Assembly (NCBI GenBank): GCA_024679065.1 | Contig: JAGIQG010000004.1 | Span: forward strand, 130,634,001 to 130,698,000 | Direction: 5' to 3' | Source: Sphyrna mokarran | Lineage: Eukaryota | DNA: 64,000 nt | Part shown: piece after piece, positions 13,112 through 26,539 of the stretch | Layout of the letters: each line of letters starts with the position of its first letter | How positions within the stretch are numbered: the stretch's first letter is position 1 | Position numbers and translations under genes: made by a program | Notes under the pieces: model-generated | The model's input: the letters and a program-made list of their open reading frames with translations, nothing else | Databases searched by the model: none | Told to the model about the DNA's origin: nothing

Positions 13112-13799
13112 AGTAAAATATCCAAATCAATGGTCACAGGAAATAGCTAAAATCATCCAACTAAAAATTCTGCCAAGATCTGTTAGAACTAGAGTTTTTA
13201 TGGATCCGCAAAAGCCATACAAATGACAGCGATGGAAGATTTTAAATATGAACATGCAAACCAGGAGCAGGAATAGGTAATTAGGATAAAATCATGGCTG
13301 ATGTATTTGTGACCTCTAATTGTCTTCACACTATCTTTTGATTTCCTTGTCTGTCAAGACACCTATATGAACATACTAGTCACAGAAAACAAATAGCCAT
13401 CCACCTCACTTCAACTCCTCCCTATTCCCATACCTGAAGATAACAACTTGTACTTGGACAATTTGCAAAAGTGATGATGCCTGTAGAATTGCCATCCATG
13501 ATATTTTTCCACATTTCAGGATAAATGGTTAGTACACTGACTGCCCTCTAAAGGTCATTTTTTTAAATTTGTTGGCTGAGAGCTTCCGTGATCAGTTCTA
13601 CAGTTAAATTGATGGACTCAAATTTCCTAGTCTGGATTTGCAGGATCCGGAGTTAAGCAGCAGACATATTTCACCCCCTCCTCCCACCTCAGTTTCTCAT
13701 TAAATCCAGATTTTTCACTAACTGCATGTAGGTCATGGAATTGTAAGAACATTATTCCACTCTTCAATTAGTTCATAAATTGGTTCCTAATATGCAAAG

Positions 13800-16700
13800 A
13801 TATATCAATGAAAGCTGACATGCAGCAACAGCAAGCAATTAAAAATCAGAATAGCATATTCACCTTTATTACAAGGAGAAAGATATCTTACTGCAATTGT
13901 GTACAGCTTTGGTGAGAACACACCTAGAGTAGTGTGCAGAGTTTTGGTTTCCTTACCAAAGGAAATATACACTTGTCATAAATGGGAGTGCAATGAAGGT
14001 TCACCAAACTAATTCCTGGTTTGTCCCATAATGAAAAAATAGTCTAGGCTTCTGGAGTTAAGAATGCTAGATGACGCAGTCAAACACAAAATTCGTACAG
14101 GGCTCAACAGGGAAGATACAGGACAGGTGACAGTATTAGATTAAGGGTCAGACCATTTAAGAACATAATAGGAGCAGGAGTAGGCCATCCAGCCCCTCGA
14201 GCCTACCCTGCCATTCAATAAGGTCATGGCTGATCTGTAGTGGTTCAGTACCAATTTGCCGCTTTCTCCCCGTAACCCTCAATTCCCTTGTCAATCAAAA
14301 ACATATCTACTCTTGACTTGAGCATATTCAGCGAGGAAGCCTCCACCACCTCATCAGGCAGAGAATTCCAAAGATTCACCACCCTCTGCATGAAGAAATT
14401 CCTCTGCAACTCTGATCTGAACCATCGCCCCACTAATCTTGAGGCTGCGCCCTCTAGTCCTGCTATCTTTGCTAAGTGGAAGAGTCTTTCAACCTCTATC
14501 CTATCCATCCCCTTCATTATCTTATACATCTCTATAAGATCACCTCTCAGCCTTCTAAACTCGAAAGAGTACAAACCTAGTCTATTTAGTCTCTCCTCAT
14601 AATCCAATGCCCTCATGTCCGCTATCAGTCTAGTAAACCTTCTCTGCACCGCCTCCAATGCCAGTATATCCTTCCTTGAACGCAGCGACCAAAACTGCAC
14701 ACAGTACTCCAGCTGTGGCCTCACCAGTACCCTATACAGCTGCAAAAGAACCTTCCTACTTTTATATTCTATCCCCCTAGCTATAAAGACCAACATTGCA
14801 TTTGCCTTCTTAATCACCTGCTGTACCTGCATACTGTGTTTTTGCAATTCGTGCACAAGGACCCCCAGGTCCCTCTGCACTGTCGCATGCTGCAGCTTTT
14901 CGCCATTTAAATAGTAAGCCTTCCTACCGTTATTCCTACCAAAGTGGATAACCTCACACTCGTTAACATTATACTCCATCTGCCAGATCCTCACCTACTC
15001 ACACAATCTATCCAGATCCCTTTGCAGGCTTTCCACACACTCCATGCAATTTGCTTTTCTACTCATTTTCGTGTCATCAGCAAATTTCATCACCCTGCAC
15101 TCAGCCCCTTCCTCTAGATCATCTATGTAAATGGTAAATATTGAGGCCCCACCACCAATCCCTAGGGCACTCCACTAGTCACCAGCTGCCAATTGGAATA
15201 GCACCCATTAATACCTACCCTCTGCTTCCTATTAGACAACCAATCCTCTATCCAGTTTAACACCCTATCCCCAACTCCCGGCACCCTACCTTCTGCAGCA
15301 ATCTTTTGAGGCACCTTATCAAACATCTTTTAGAAATCCAAAAGCACCACATCCACTGGTTTCCCTTTGTCAACCGCACTAGTCACTTCCTCATAGAACT
15401 CTAATAAATTCATCAAGCACGACTTCCCCTTAATGAATCCATGCTGTGTCTGCTTGATCAAATAGTTCGTATTCAGGTGCCTCGTTATTTCTGCTTTGAT
15501 GACAGATTCAAGCATTTTTCCCGACTACAGATGTTAAACTAACCGGCCTATAATTCCCTGCCTTCTGTCTGCTACCTTTTTTAAACAGCGGCGTAACATT
15601 AGCTGTTTTCCAATCACGGCACTTTTCCGAAGTCCAGCGAATTCTAAAAGATAATTAACAGGGCATCTACTATCACCTCTGCCATTTCCTCGAGAATCCT
15701 GGGATACATTCCATCCGGTCCTGGGAACTTATCTGCCCTCAGCCCTGTTAGCCTATCAAGCACCACCTCTCTAGTGACTGTGATCTCATCAAGGACCTCA
15801 TCTCCTATCACTTCTATCCTTAATTTCGGGCAAGCTATTTATGTCCTCCTCCGTGAAGACCGACACAAAAGCTTATTCAAGGTCTCCGCCATATCCTTAT
15901 CTACCAATAAACCACCCCTCTCATCCTCCAAGGGTCCAACATTAACTCTGGCCATCCTCTTATTCTTTATATACTTATAAAAACTCTTATTGTCCTTTCT
16001 GATATTTCAAGCTAGTTTAGCCTCATATTCTATCTTTCCTTTTTTAAAATCACCTTTTTAGTCATTCTTTGCTGTTGTTTAAAACTTTCCCAATCCTCCA
16101 ATTGTCCACTATTTTTAGTCATTCTGAACGCCTCAGCTTTCGATTTAATACTCTCCTTAATTTCCCTGGAGAACTGCGGCTGATTTTCCCTTCTCCTACA
16201 GTCCTTCTTCACCATTGGAATATATTTTTGCTCAGTACCAAAAAAAGTCTCCTTAAAAATCCCCTACTGTTCCTCAGCCTTCCTACCAACCAACGTACTC
16301 CTCCAATTCAATCGCCAATTCCTCTCTCATCCCATCATAGTCCCCTCTGTTCAAACATAATACACAGGTCCAGGACGCTACTACCTCATCCTCCATCTGG
16401 ATCAAATTCTACCATACTATGATCACTTGTCCCTAGAGAATCTTTCACATGAATATCCCTAATTCTACCTGCCTCATTACATAGTACCGGATCCAAGATA
16501 GCACGCTCTTTCGTCAGTTCTGTAACATTGTTCAAGGAACCCATCCCAACAACATTCCAAAAACTCTTCCTCCAGCCCACCGTGGCCGACTTGTCACCCA
16601 TTCAATATGCAGATCAGAATCTCCCATCACTAATGCTGTTCTGTTTCTGCACGCATCTCTTATTTGTTTGTTTATAGCCCCCCCCCCATCTCAGTTATTA

Positions 16701-17480
16701 TTTGGGGGCCTATAGACCACACCCACCAGCGTCTTCCTCCCCTTATTATTCTTTATCTCCATCCACAGCGATTCCACATTTTGCTCTTTTGGGCTTATAT
16801 CCTCTCTTACTACTGTCCTGACACTATCCTTAATCAACAGAGGCATCCCACCTCCTTGTTCCTCCTGCCTATCCTTCCTAAACACCTGATAGCCCTGGAC
16901 ATTCAGTTCCCAGTTCCTGTCCTCCGCGCAACCACGTTTCCATAACGGCCACTAGATCATATCCATTAGCACCAATTTGCGCCATCAGCTCATTCACTTT
17001 GTTCCGAATACTTTGTGCATTCAAGTAAAGTGCCTTTATATCAGCCTTTGCCTGGACCTTATTTGCTGAAGCGCTTCTAGTCTCTCTCATGCCCCCTACT
17101 CCCCTAATAGGCAGAGCATCCTCAACATTCACTTGCATATGTACCTTTTCCTTCACTCCAGATTTTGTAATTTCTCCTACCCCTGCACTCCCCCACCCCC
17201 CCCTCTCCAAATTAGTTTAAATCTACAGTCCTAAATTTAGGATGGAGATGGTGAGAGGTTTCTCTAGTTAGTGAATATGCCACAGCCAGGGGGCTGTGTA
17301 GGCTCAGTCATTAAGTATGTTTAAGAATGAGACTGAGAAATTTCTATAGATTACAAACAGGAAAGGAGATGGGGGTAATGAAGGAAAAGAGAGTGTTGAA
17401 GTTAAAGATCTTCCATGATCTCACTGAATGGCAGATTGGATTCAAAGGGCTGAATGGGCTACTGCTGCTCTCATTTGATG
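13800..17480 (+). mobile_element. Old CR1 3' fragment (13800-14158 and ~17226-17480) split by the younger antisense CR1
   Basis: CR1 sequence ggtcagaccattta.. resumes as atttaggatggagatg after the insertion. Confidence 0.7.
14159..17225 (-). mobile_element. CR1 LINE, ~3 kb (endonuclease, RT and 3' UTR), frameshifted with internal deletions
   Basis: ORFs 16878..17210 (YLNAQSIRNK, ETWL), 16691..16885 (GVVYRPP), 15330..15515 (QHGFIKGKSC), 14245..14994 (RPQLEYCVQFWS). Confidence 0.95.
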
Positions 17481-17800
17481 AAATTTCTGTATGGAATTAG
17501 CCATCTTTACAGAATTGAAAAGGAAAGTTTATGAAGGAAATGGAACAGGATGCCACCTTTTCTATGAAACCACATGCTACTCTTGGTACTTCAACTACAT
17601 ACATTCCCCACTTCAATAATTGTTCTATAACAGGGATTGTATGTGAAAGTAGATAGGGAAGAAGTGGGCAAAATCATACTGCATTGGAATGTTAGGAAGC
17701 TATTAGGTGATTTGCTATACATTTTGTACAAAAGACTAACATACACATATGCAAATCATTGTAAATCATTCCTTTAAGCCAACATATGCAAAGGAAAAAC

Positions 17801-17889
17801 CTTTTCTCATCTTCAGAGGAAAGGCTCATCGAAGTTTCGTCTGAATCTGAAGCAATGAATTCATCCATACTGTCCTCATCAAAGTATCC
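17801..17889 (-). CDS. ATRX: ATRX exon (exon 24 equivalent): GYFDEDSMDEFIASDSDETSMSLSSEDEKR
   Basis: Manual translation; atttag| acceptor; weak donor |gttttt; 89 bp keeps phase with both neighbours. Confidence 0.93.
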
Positions 17890-20067
17890 CTAAATAAATG
17901 GAGAGAGATTAATTCACTTTCAGGTGTTATCACCGTTAAAATCGAAGTCAAAGAATAATCAAACATCCTCAAACATATGGCTTTCCCATAACAATTCCAA
18001 CATAACATGTAGATGTATATTTTCAGTTTTCAAATCAGAAGTTGAGGCAGACAAGGCTTTCAGTGCTTTTAAAAAAGTAGGAATCATTTAAAGCCTCTGA
18101 AGAAACAAATATCGTCCATAAATTGCAATGGTACAGCATAATGCAGAAATTGACAATATCTAATTCCTATTTGGACATGTTGTAGCTGGTAGAAAATTTG
18201 CTATTTCAAAGAAACCATATCCGGAGGGCAATAATTTAAATAACACCCATCATATAAGTTCGCCATCTAAAATATTTCCAAGATGATCCTATTAAAGGCA
18301 AAAGCTTCAACATTTAATTTCAAATTAATGAGGTTTGGTAAAATGTGAAGGTATTCACATTTATAAACAGCTTTCACATCAACAGATTTTAACTAGATTG
18401 TAAATTTATTCCACTTGTATGGTCCCCAGGGATAATGATAACAGCTAAATCAGGGAAGGGGAGGGGAATTCAGAACAGTGCTTTTGGTACAAAACTGTTA
18501 CCTGTATCGGACACTTTGATTAGTTACCAGGAAAATGGTTGCTTTTTACCAATGAAATGCTCTGTTCCAAGGGGCTAGTTCAATTTTAAAATTGAAGGTC
18601 TCCATGAATGTTTCCCAGCAGGTACAAATAGAAAAACACAAATTAATTATATATTTGGTTGAAAGTATTCGCTCCAGGGGCACCTTCCTCCTGACAATGG
18701 TAATCTCAAACAATTAATTTATGACCGTTTCTTTATTATGTAGAACCAATTTAGACCTGTAAATTAGCTTAGTAGAATCACTTGACTTTGCTCCATCTGT
18801 CAAATCAAAAAAATTGGTATTCTCTATATCAAATGTTCACTATCCTGCCAATAGGTTCCATAGTTGCTGTCTCATTAAAAAAGTTACTGTTTCAGGTCAA
18901 TGACTGCTAATGAGAATAAAGTTCAATGACCTGAAAGGTTAACTCAGATGCTGCCTAATCTGCTGTTTCCAGCATTTTTTGTTGTTACGTCAGATCTCCA
19001 GATCAGCATTTGAATTTAAATGCATGTTTCATTTGATCGAATACTTCTGAATACATTACATCAGTAACCATGAATTAAAGATGGAATTAAATATGAAAAA
19101 TTTTAATGGCGAAGGAGGGAAGAGGAAAACACAGATCAATTACTTACATTGCATAAAAGTTTAGAATTTGTGTTTTAATGTGAATAGCTCTGTTAAAAGT
19201 AAGTTTTTATATTTGGTCAATGAAAAGGCTTAGCGTTACAATCAGTTAAGGTTCTGGCTTCTGATCACTACTCAACAGGACACAAGTATAACCTTCAATC
19301 AGGACAGATTTACCACAAACAAAGATTTACAACATAGCAAGTATCCATTCAGTACGTCATAGCCAATCTTGAATGGCCATTTTGGGGATATAATATTTGC
19401 AGTGATGGTGGTGGTCCACTGATGTACAGAAATCAGTTTCAATCATTTGAATATTTAAATTCCTAAAACAAAACCTATTCATGCTGATGCACCACAAAAA
19501 AGCTTTTTAACAACCTCCTTAAAAGGTCTACAATGGATATGTGGAGTGAAAATTCATTTTAGTTCAATCTGGGAGTGCAGCCAGTTTGTTAGGTGGGTCT
19601 GGCTTCCAGTGCAATGCTTTTTAAACAAGTGTAGACAATTGTAGACACGCAATTTGTGTTTGAAATTCCACAATTGTTTTGGCTGGTTTGGAGGATTTCA
19701 GGCTAAATGTTCTTTCAAAAAAAAAAGCAGAAACTAATGGCATCTCAAGGCCAGGATATTCTTAATCATCTTTCCACATGGATTCCAAATGCTGCTGTGC
19801 AAGTTACCAAACTAACTGCTAATAATGAATGTCAATACTCAGTTCCTGTATAATATGTTAACAATTCTGTTACATGCCTGTGACCATGTTACAGTAAAAT
19901 TCATCCCAATCACCTGTACGTCAGGATTCAAGATTGGGTCATTTTAAATATAATGAACACTAATGACCTTAATAGAACTGCAAATTGTATTAAAAGAAAC
20001 AATTCAGGTGGTGCTTTTTATAAAGATCTTGAATTTAGATACAATTCACTACATTCATTTACTGTAC

Positions 20068-20198
20068 CTTGTTTTCTTTACTTATGTAGTCCAACTGCAG
20101 ACACCAAGGGTGGGTCCATATCCTACTCAGCATCTGAAAATCCTGAAAGAGTCTTGTTCCTGTTTTTCCCCTTCCACCTTCATTACTGCTCCCCACAC
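20068..20198 (-). CDS. ATRX: ATRX exon (exon 23 equivalent): GVGSSNEGGRGKTGTRLFQDFQMLSRIWTHPWCLQLDYISKENK
   Basis: End of ORF 20059..20631; ttttcag| and |gtacag; 131 bp. Confidence 0.96.
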
Positions 20199-20667
20199 CT
20201 GAAAACAGAAGTTGTAACTGAGGTTTACAAGGTTTATACGTTGCTTTGAAAAGGCAAGAAAGCTGGGAATCATTTGAGCTGCAACACAAATGGCACCCAA
20301 ATAACAGCTGGACAAATCCTTTATGTGACACACACACATCAATCTGTGAAGTAATAGCTTGGCCAAAAAGACTGACCTTACACCAAGTGCAGTGTATTCT
20401 TTTACAATAAGACTTTTTAACAAAATTAGCTTTGATAAGAAAAATAATATTGCGGGTTGATTGCAATGTTTTGACACCACAGATTTCTGAACAAGGTGGT
20501 AGAGGAGTAGTTGTTACTGCCAGAGGATTCAACACAAAACATAGGCTGGCACTATATGTTCTGCGCCCTCTTCTTTCTTTCTCCCTTATGTACTCTAAGA
20601 ACAGTATGCTTTGAAATGTTGCATGCAACAATACTTTTCACTGTATACCAATACATAATAAAAAACG

Positions 20668-21011
20668 ATTAGCACTTCAATACTGAGGGAATGCAGATAT
20701 AGCAAAAGTACTATCTTTCAGGCACAATGCAGATTTGAGGTCCCCTCTGTCCTCAGATTGAAGTACTATATTGCACTATTTCAAATAGCTGAACTTTTTC
20801 CAATTGTGCTGGCCAATATTTATCTCTCAGTTAACATCAGTTTGAAAAAACAAATACTCTCATCATTATCAAAGTGGTGTTTGTGGGGCCTTGCTGCACA
20901 CAAATTGGCTGTCATAATTCCTCATGTGCAGAAACTTCAGGTGCTTCACTGGCTGTCAAGCACTTTGGAATATACAGGTTGTGAAAGGAATTGTATCAAT
21001 GCAACGTCTTG
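20668..21011 (+). mobile_element. Deu-domain SINE (SacSINE1/AmnSINE1-like), decayed
   Basis: tactgagggaatgc...gcactatttcaaa...ctggccaatatttatctctca...tgtttgtggggccttgctgcacacaaattggctg...gtgaaagg...aatgcaa resembles the Deu consensus as recalled. Confidence 0.75.
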
Positions 21012-21391
21012 CATGCACAGAAAAAATGGAAGAATAAACACAGATAATTTGTTTTAATTGGATTAGTGTTAAACCAAGCAATTACTTAGGATGAAATCCA
21101 CAGTTTCAGAATTGGCATTCAAAACCTGCCTGATATCATATTTACCTGATCATGGCAAGCACACACCCAACAATGACCATTCATTAAGTACTCCAAATGT
21201 TGCTTTCAGAGTCTGACAAAGCACTATACTTAGTCTCCTCCTCTCCATTTACATGTTACCTTTTGGCGAGATCATTCAAAGAGTCAACTTCCATCTTCAG
21301 ACTACCTTTCCAACCCCTTTCATCGTCTCCATTGCTTATGCTGTCAGGCTACTTGCCAACATGTATGTGGAGATTCCAGCATAGACTGGGG

Positions 21392-21552
21392 TGGGCAGAG
21401 AAGTCTCAATACCAAGTTAAGGTCCAATAGGTTTATTTGGAATCACAAGCTTTTGGAGCACTGCTCCTTCATCAGGTGATGATCATTATGCATGATTCCA
21501 AATAAACCTGTCGGACCTTAACCTGGCATTATAAGACATTTTACTGTGCCCA
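21392..21552. repeat. Palindromic short repeat with ~55-bp inverted arms (Penelope-derived or MITE-like)
   Basis: ccaagttaaggtccaataggtttatttggaatca is mirrored by tgattccaaataaacctgtcggaccttaacctgg. Confidence 0.8.
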
Positions 21553-24004
21553 ATATATTGGCGTGGATAGGTTGAAATTTCCTCCACTTAATTATAAAAT
21601 CAAATCCATCAATTTCAGCCACTCCAACTAACTTTGTAACCTCAGATCTCAACCCTACCCTCCTCCTCTTTACTGAGTGCCTTGCCTGTCAACTAACATG
21701 AATAAAATTGATTACCCGGTCGTTATCACATTTGTTTGTGGAACATTGTTGTGCACAAATTAGAAGAGGAGAGAAGGCTTGGGGGGGGGGGGGGGGTGGC
21801 GGCGGCAGCGGAATATATTGGTGGTTAATTTTCAAAATCATCAGAAGTTTTGAAAAAGTAAATAGTCCAAGATTGCTTCCAGTGGTTGGTGAATTGATAA
21901 TAAATGATAGGAGTTTAAGATTAGCATGAAAAGAACAAAGGGGAGGGGGAAAATATGAAGAAATGTCTTCACACAAACATGGCAGTTTTAACATTAGTGG
22001 TTTTTGAGCCAGTAGGTATAAAATGATTTGCTGATTTTGATAAACTACATTTAAAATAATGCATATAAAACAAAGAAATACGAAAGAGCAGAAAAATAAG
22101 ATTAAATTGAATTCAAATCCATAAGTGAGCAAGAGAAATACATAATGGGTTAAATGGACAACTCTGGTCTAAATATCTAGGCTATCACTTTATTCTTTTA
22201 ACAGTTCAACTAGATGCAGCAGCAGAGAACAGTTTGTTTTTAAATGAATGGGGAATTTGCTTCCATTCTCTAGACAATAAACTTGACTTTATCCAATTTT
22301 TTAAAAAATGAAGTAAAACTGAAACTTTCACATGGCCCTTTCTTGGAACTCAGTAAGAGTCTGGCAACACCAATTTGATAGTAATCTGCTAGCTTTCGGC
22401 ATTTGTGCCTTTGTCAGGCGAATGAGGTGTTCTGGTCTCCAAAAGCACACATCAGCACAGACAGTTTACAGATTGCTGATTAGAATGCAAATCCTTATGC
22501 CTAACCTGCTATTCAAGTCTTAAAGTGGCTAACAAGGTGGAAGGAATATTGAGCACAGGTTAGAGAGATGTGTATTGTCTCCAGACAGCACAGTGAGTGA
22601 GGTTTTTTGCTAACCCAGGCAAGTCATGGGGGTTACAGATAGTGTGACACGAAGCCAAGATCCCTGTTAAGACCGTCCTCATGTGTGTGGACATGCCTTT
22701 CTTGGAAGGCATATGTATTTTGACCACACATGCACCCTCACACCTCACCACTAAACTGGGAACTAGATATGTCAGGTTCCGACAGGAAACCTGAAAAACA
22801 GGAAAATCTGATTTCATTTCGCAAGAAGCCATGTTCAGCTGTCTTTCCAGGCCTGCCATGTTAGAGATAGTAGGAACATCACCCAGCCTGTGCCACGAGT
22901 TCCTACTTCCAAACCCACTAAAACACTGAGCAATAAGAGAAAGGCAAGCACACCATGAGAAAAGAGTTATCTCCAAAAAGCTAAAGGAGCTGCTAGAAGA
23001 GGTAGTCCAAATTCAGGAGAGCACAAACAGGGAAACATTTTTCTTTTAAACACAGGCAGACAAAGCCAGAAGACCAGGACACCTCAGCTGGCTGATCGAT
23101 ATGGAAGCATCATTCATTGTGTAGGTGTCACTCAACCCATGCTAATGTACTTCACAACAACTGCAGAGTTCAGCAGGTTAGGTGCTGTGAAAGAAGTAAT
23201 TCCAACATACTACAATTACAGATTTTTAGTCTGTATGCCTAACAATCCAATTTAAACAAAATAGTTTAGGATAAACAATGTTCTTTAAATACCATTTAAC
23301 AACTTGGATCAAAATTAGAGAGACTGTATTATGAAAACAAATACAAAGCTCTGACGAGCATCTCCACTACTGAATAAATCACCCCATAGACCTAAGCAGG
23401 CCAGTTAGGCAACATTACCTTATTTCATACCAAAAATCAAACATCTGGTTTAAGTTCACCATAGTTCAACTTCTGTATGTCATTAAACGACAATGATATC
23501 ATAGCATACTTGAATGAAAATGAAGTTCAACCTTATAATTATGAAACATCAGTTATGTAAAAGCCACAAGCTGAATGCACCATTGTAGTTCTAAGATTAG
23601 TAAGCAGATCACGCTCAGTAGTTACTGTCAAAGAGTTTGGTGAAATATTGTACAAGTTATGCTGATTAGGCAATTGTGGCCACAAATTCAAAGTGTTCAC
23701 TGATTGCACAGTGTAAGCTGTTGGCTAATCAATAAAGTTTTAAAATCCATTTATCACAAACAGACCATAAAATTATTGATAGGTATCTACTAACTTGGCA
23801 GTATTTAAGAGTCATTTTGCAGGAATCTCAAAAAAGTTCAAAAATAGTGATTTGGTAACACTCCACTGCTTTCATATTCACACTGCAAAGTTGCAGCGTC
23901 TCAGGCAGTATGTATATATTACACAAATTCTGCAAAGGTACTCTGTTGTAATATTAAACACTTTTCATCCTCTCACATCACTATCAATTAATGGAACACT
24001 TTTG

Positions 24005-24365
24005 ATTTGATATTGTCACATGTATTAGCATGCAGTGAAAAGTATTGTTTCTTGCACACTACACAAAGCATACTGTACATAGAGAAAGAAAAGACAGACT
24101 GCAGAAATGTAGTGTTACAGTCATAATTAGGGTGTAGATCAACTTAATACAAGATTGGTCATTCAAAAGTCTAATGGCAGCAGGGAAGAAGCTGTTCTAG
24201 AGTTGGTTGGCATGTATCAGACTTTTGTATCTTCCTCCTGATGGAAGATGGTGGAAGAGAGCACGTCTGGGATGTGGGGTCCTTGGTTACACAAGCTGTT
24301 TTTCCGAGGCAGTGGGAAGTACAGACAGAGTCAACAGACGTGAGGCTTGGTTGTGCGATGCTTCA
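24005..24365 (-). mobile_element. LINE 3' fragment (Rex-Babar/L2-type), followed by a + strand CR1 tail (24370-24590)
   Basis: cagggaagaagctgttc...cttttgtatcttcctcctgatggaag; a similar tail occurs in + orientation at ~20500-20660. Confidence 0.6.
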
Positions 24366-25372
24366 AGACTGTGGCAAGTGCCTGGAATGCACTACCAAAG
24401 GAGGTGGTAGAAACAAGTACGATAGCAATGTTTAAGAAGCACCTTAACAGATACATGAATAGACAGGGAACCTGGGATACGAACCACAGAGGCAAAAAGG
24501 TCTTTAGTTTAGAAAGGCATCATGTGTCAGTGCAGGCCAGATGGGTGAAAGGGCCTGTTCCTGTGCTGTACTCTTTGCTCTTGTATGTTGGGTTCTCTCT
24601 CTTTTAGTTATCACTTTCTCCAGATCTATTGCAGACGTGGTTCATAGTCTCTGCATACCTTAGTCAACATTTCCTCACTCCTCCATTTGTTCTTTTGGAG
24701 GAATATACATCCTCTTGACCAGAACTTCTAGCTAAACCTGCAGGATGTGAACTCTGACTGATTGTTGCTCCAATGCCACTTATTTTTGTTGTTGTTAACA
24801 TGTCCCTTTTAGACTCTGATGCAGGTCCTTAACAAGTAGCTGAACCATTCACTTTCAAATCAGCAAGTTGCGTATGGGAAGCATGTTCCACACTGGCAAT
24901 TCACCAATCACAATTACAATGAGGGCCAATGAAAATTAACTGAGTCTCACCAACTCCTCTGGGCAGTGACCAGGCACACAGTTTGCTCACTGTATTGCAC
25001 ATGAAAATTAGCCCCTTGAGTTTAAGTTTCAAACAGCTCATATTAAAAATAAATAAATTTAGAAGGTTTCTATAAAATTGTGATAAGCTGAACGCATAGT
25101 TCAAGAACATACTTCATAATAAATGAAAAAAATCATGAACCTGATAGCCAGCAACAGAAACAGAATAGCTCTTGGATATACACCCACATTCCAATATACT
25201 TTCTGCAATGTCTAGACAGCAGGAAGACTTAACTCCAAATTACCACACATCACGATGTAATTCCTCTGTCACTCTAAAAACATACAAGGTAGGGAATCAT
25301 ATTGTGCTTATGAGAATTTGTCCTTTAGTCTAATACTACGTAATACTATATTTTAAAAAGTTTATTACATAC

Positions 25373-25490
25373 CTGTGAAGTGGTCAAGGTAGTACTGATA
25401 AAGTTTGCACTGAATTGGCATCATCCTCACAGCAAGAACATACTCATATTTTGGAGGCAAGAATTTTGTAAGTGCAGTGTAATCCTTTCG
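25373..25490 (-). CDS. ATRX: ATRX exon (exon 22 equivalent): RKDYTALTKFLPPKYEYVLAVRMMPIQCKLYQYYLDHFT(G)
   Basis: Manual translation; aaatag| and |gtatgt; 118 bp. Confidence 0.96.
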
Positions 25491-25979
25491 CTATTTGAGA
25501 ATAAAATTTAGGAAAAAAATTAGTTTTTCAACATCAATTACAAGCCATTTAGATTCAGTTTTTAACATTACCGCTGATTTCTGAAGATGCCATTTGAGGG
25601 AGGGAGAGAATGCTGAGTTAGTGACTAGGGGAAAAAACACTTTTACCTCAAAGAATTAAGCTTTACCAAATAAACAACCAAAAATGGAAGGCAAGACAAC
25701 CAGAAAACTAAATTATGAGGTAGATTTGCCGAAAAATAATGTAGATCAGAGCTTGATTGAAGGAGACCTTGGTCATCTGAGGTTTGTGAAGGGAGATGAC
25801 AAAAATTAACTGAACGATATAATTACAGATATAAGTGCTATAGCAGTAGAAAACTCAAGACAGTAACAAAGCAATATTAGCTTAATTGCACAAAATAAAA
25901 GAACAGTAGCAAAATGTTCACTACTAAAAAGGTATAAGTTGGGCGAGGTACAAATAACTTTAGTAATTTCTGTAAATAC

Positions 25980-26155
25980 CTGTACACAGCCTGCTAGCAT
26001 TTCATACAAGATGTGGGCACGTTTCTTCATTACCCGCACATCGACCAAAGTGGAGTCCGCGCACTGGCCATTTTGAATGGGATTCATAAATCGGTTCCTG
26101 AATTCTTTTATTGAACCAAGAAGGTTCTCTTTAATGAAATTCACCATACAATGAT
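25980..26155 (-). CDS. ATRX: ATRX exon (exon 21 equivalent): YHCMVNFIKENLLGSIKEFRNRFMNPIQNGQCADSTLVDVRVMKKRAHILYEMLAGCVQ
   Basis: ORF 25806..26147; tccag| and |gtattt; 176 bp. Confidence 0.97.
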
Positions 26156-26539
26156 CTGGAGGAGAAATATTTCAAGCATTTATTCTTTTCAACATGGGAT
26201 TTCTGCAATTAAGTAGACGACATAGACGAAAACACATTTATACAAATTGCTGAAAGTCGAGAATTTAATCATGATTAAAAGCAATTTACTAATGCGTAGC
26301 TGGAATTTGCCCCATCTTGCATTTCCATAGTGACTAATGGAAGAGACAAGATTTGACACCCAGCTAGAGGAAGTGATATTACAAAAGGTAACTAAAATCT
26401 TGGTCAAAGGTGTAGATTTTAAGAATGGTACATAGGTGGCAAGATCTTTGAAAGGGTTTTAGAACTTGAAACCACAGTGGTTTAAGGCTGCTAATGGTTG
26501 CATGAAGGAAGTGAAGGAATGACAACAAATGGCAAAGCA

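Noticed and set aside
20199-20631. 190-aa ORF as an independent protein
   Set aside because: Only 20068-20198 is the ATRX exon; the rest is read-through intron and repeat sequence.
21689-22132. Poly-Pro/poly-Gly ORFs
   Set aside because: They arise from a G homopolymer at ~21781-21796 in low-complexity intron.
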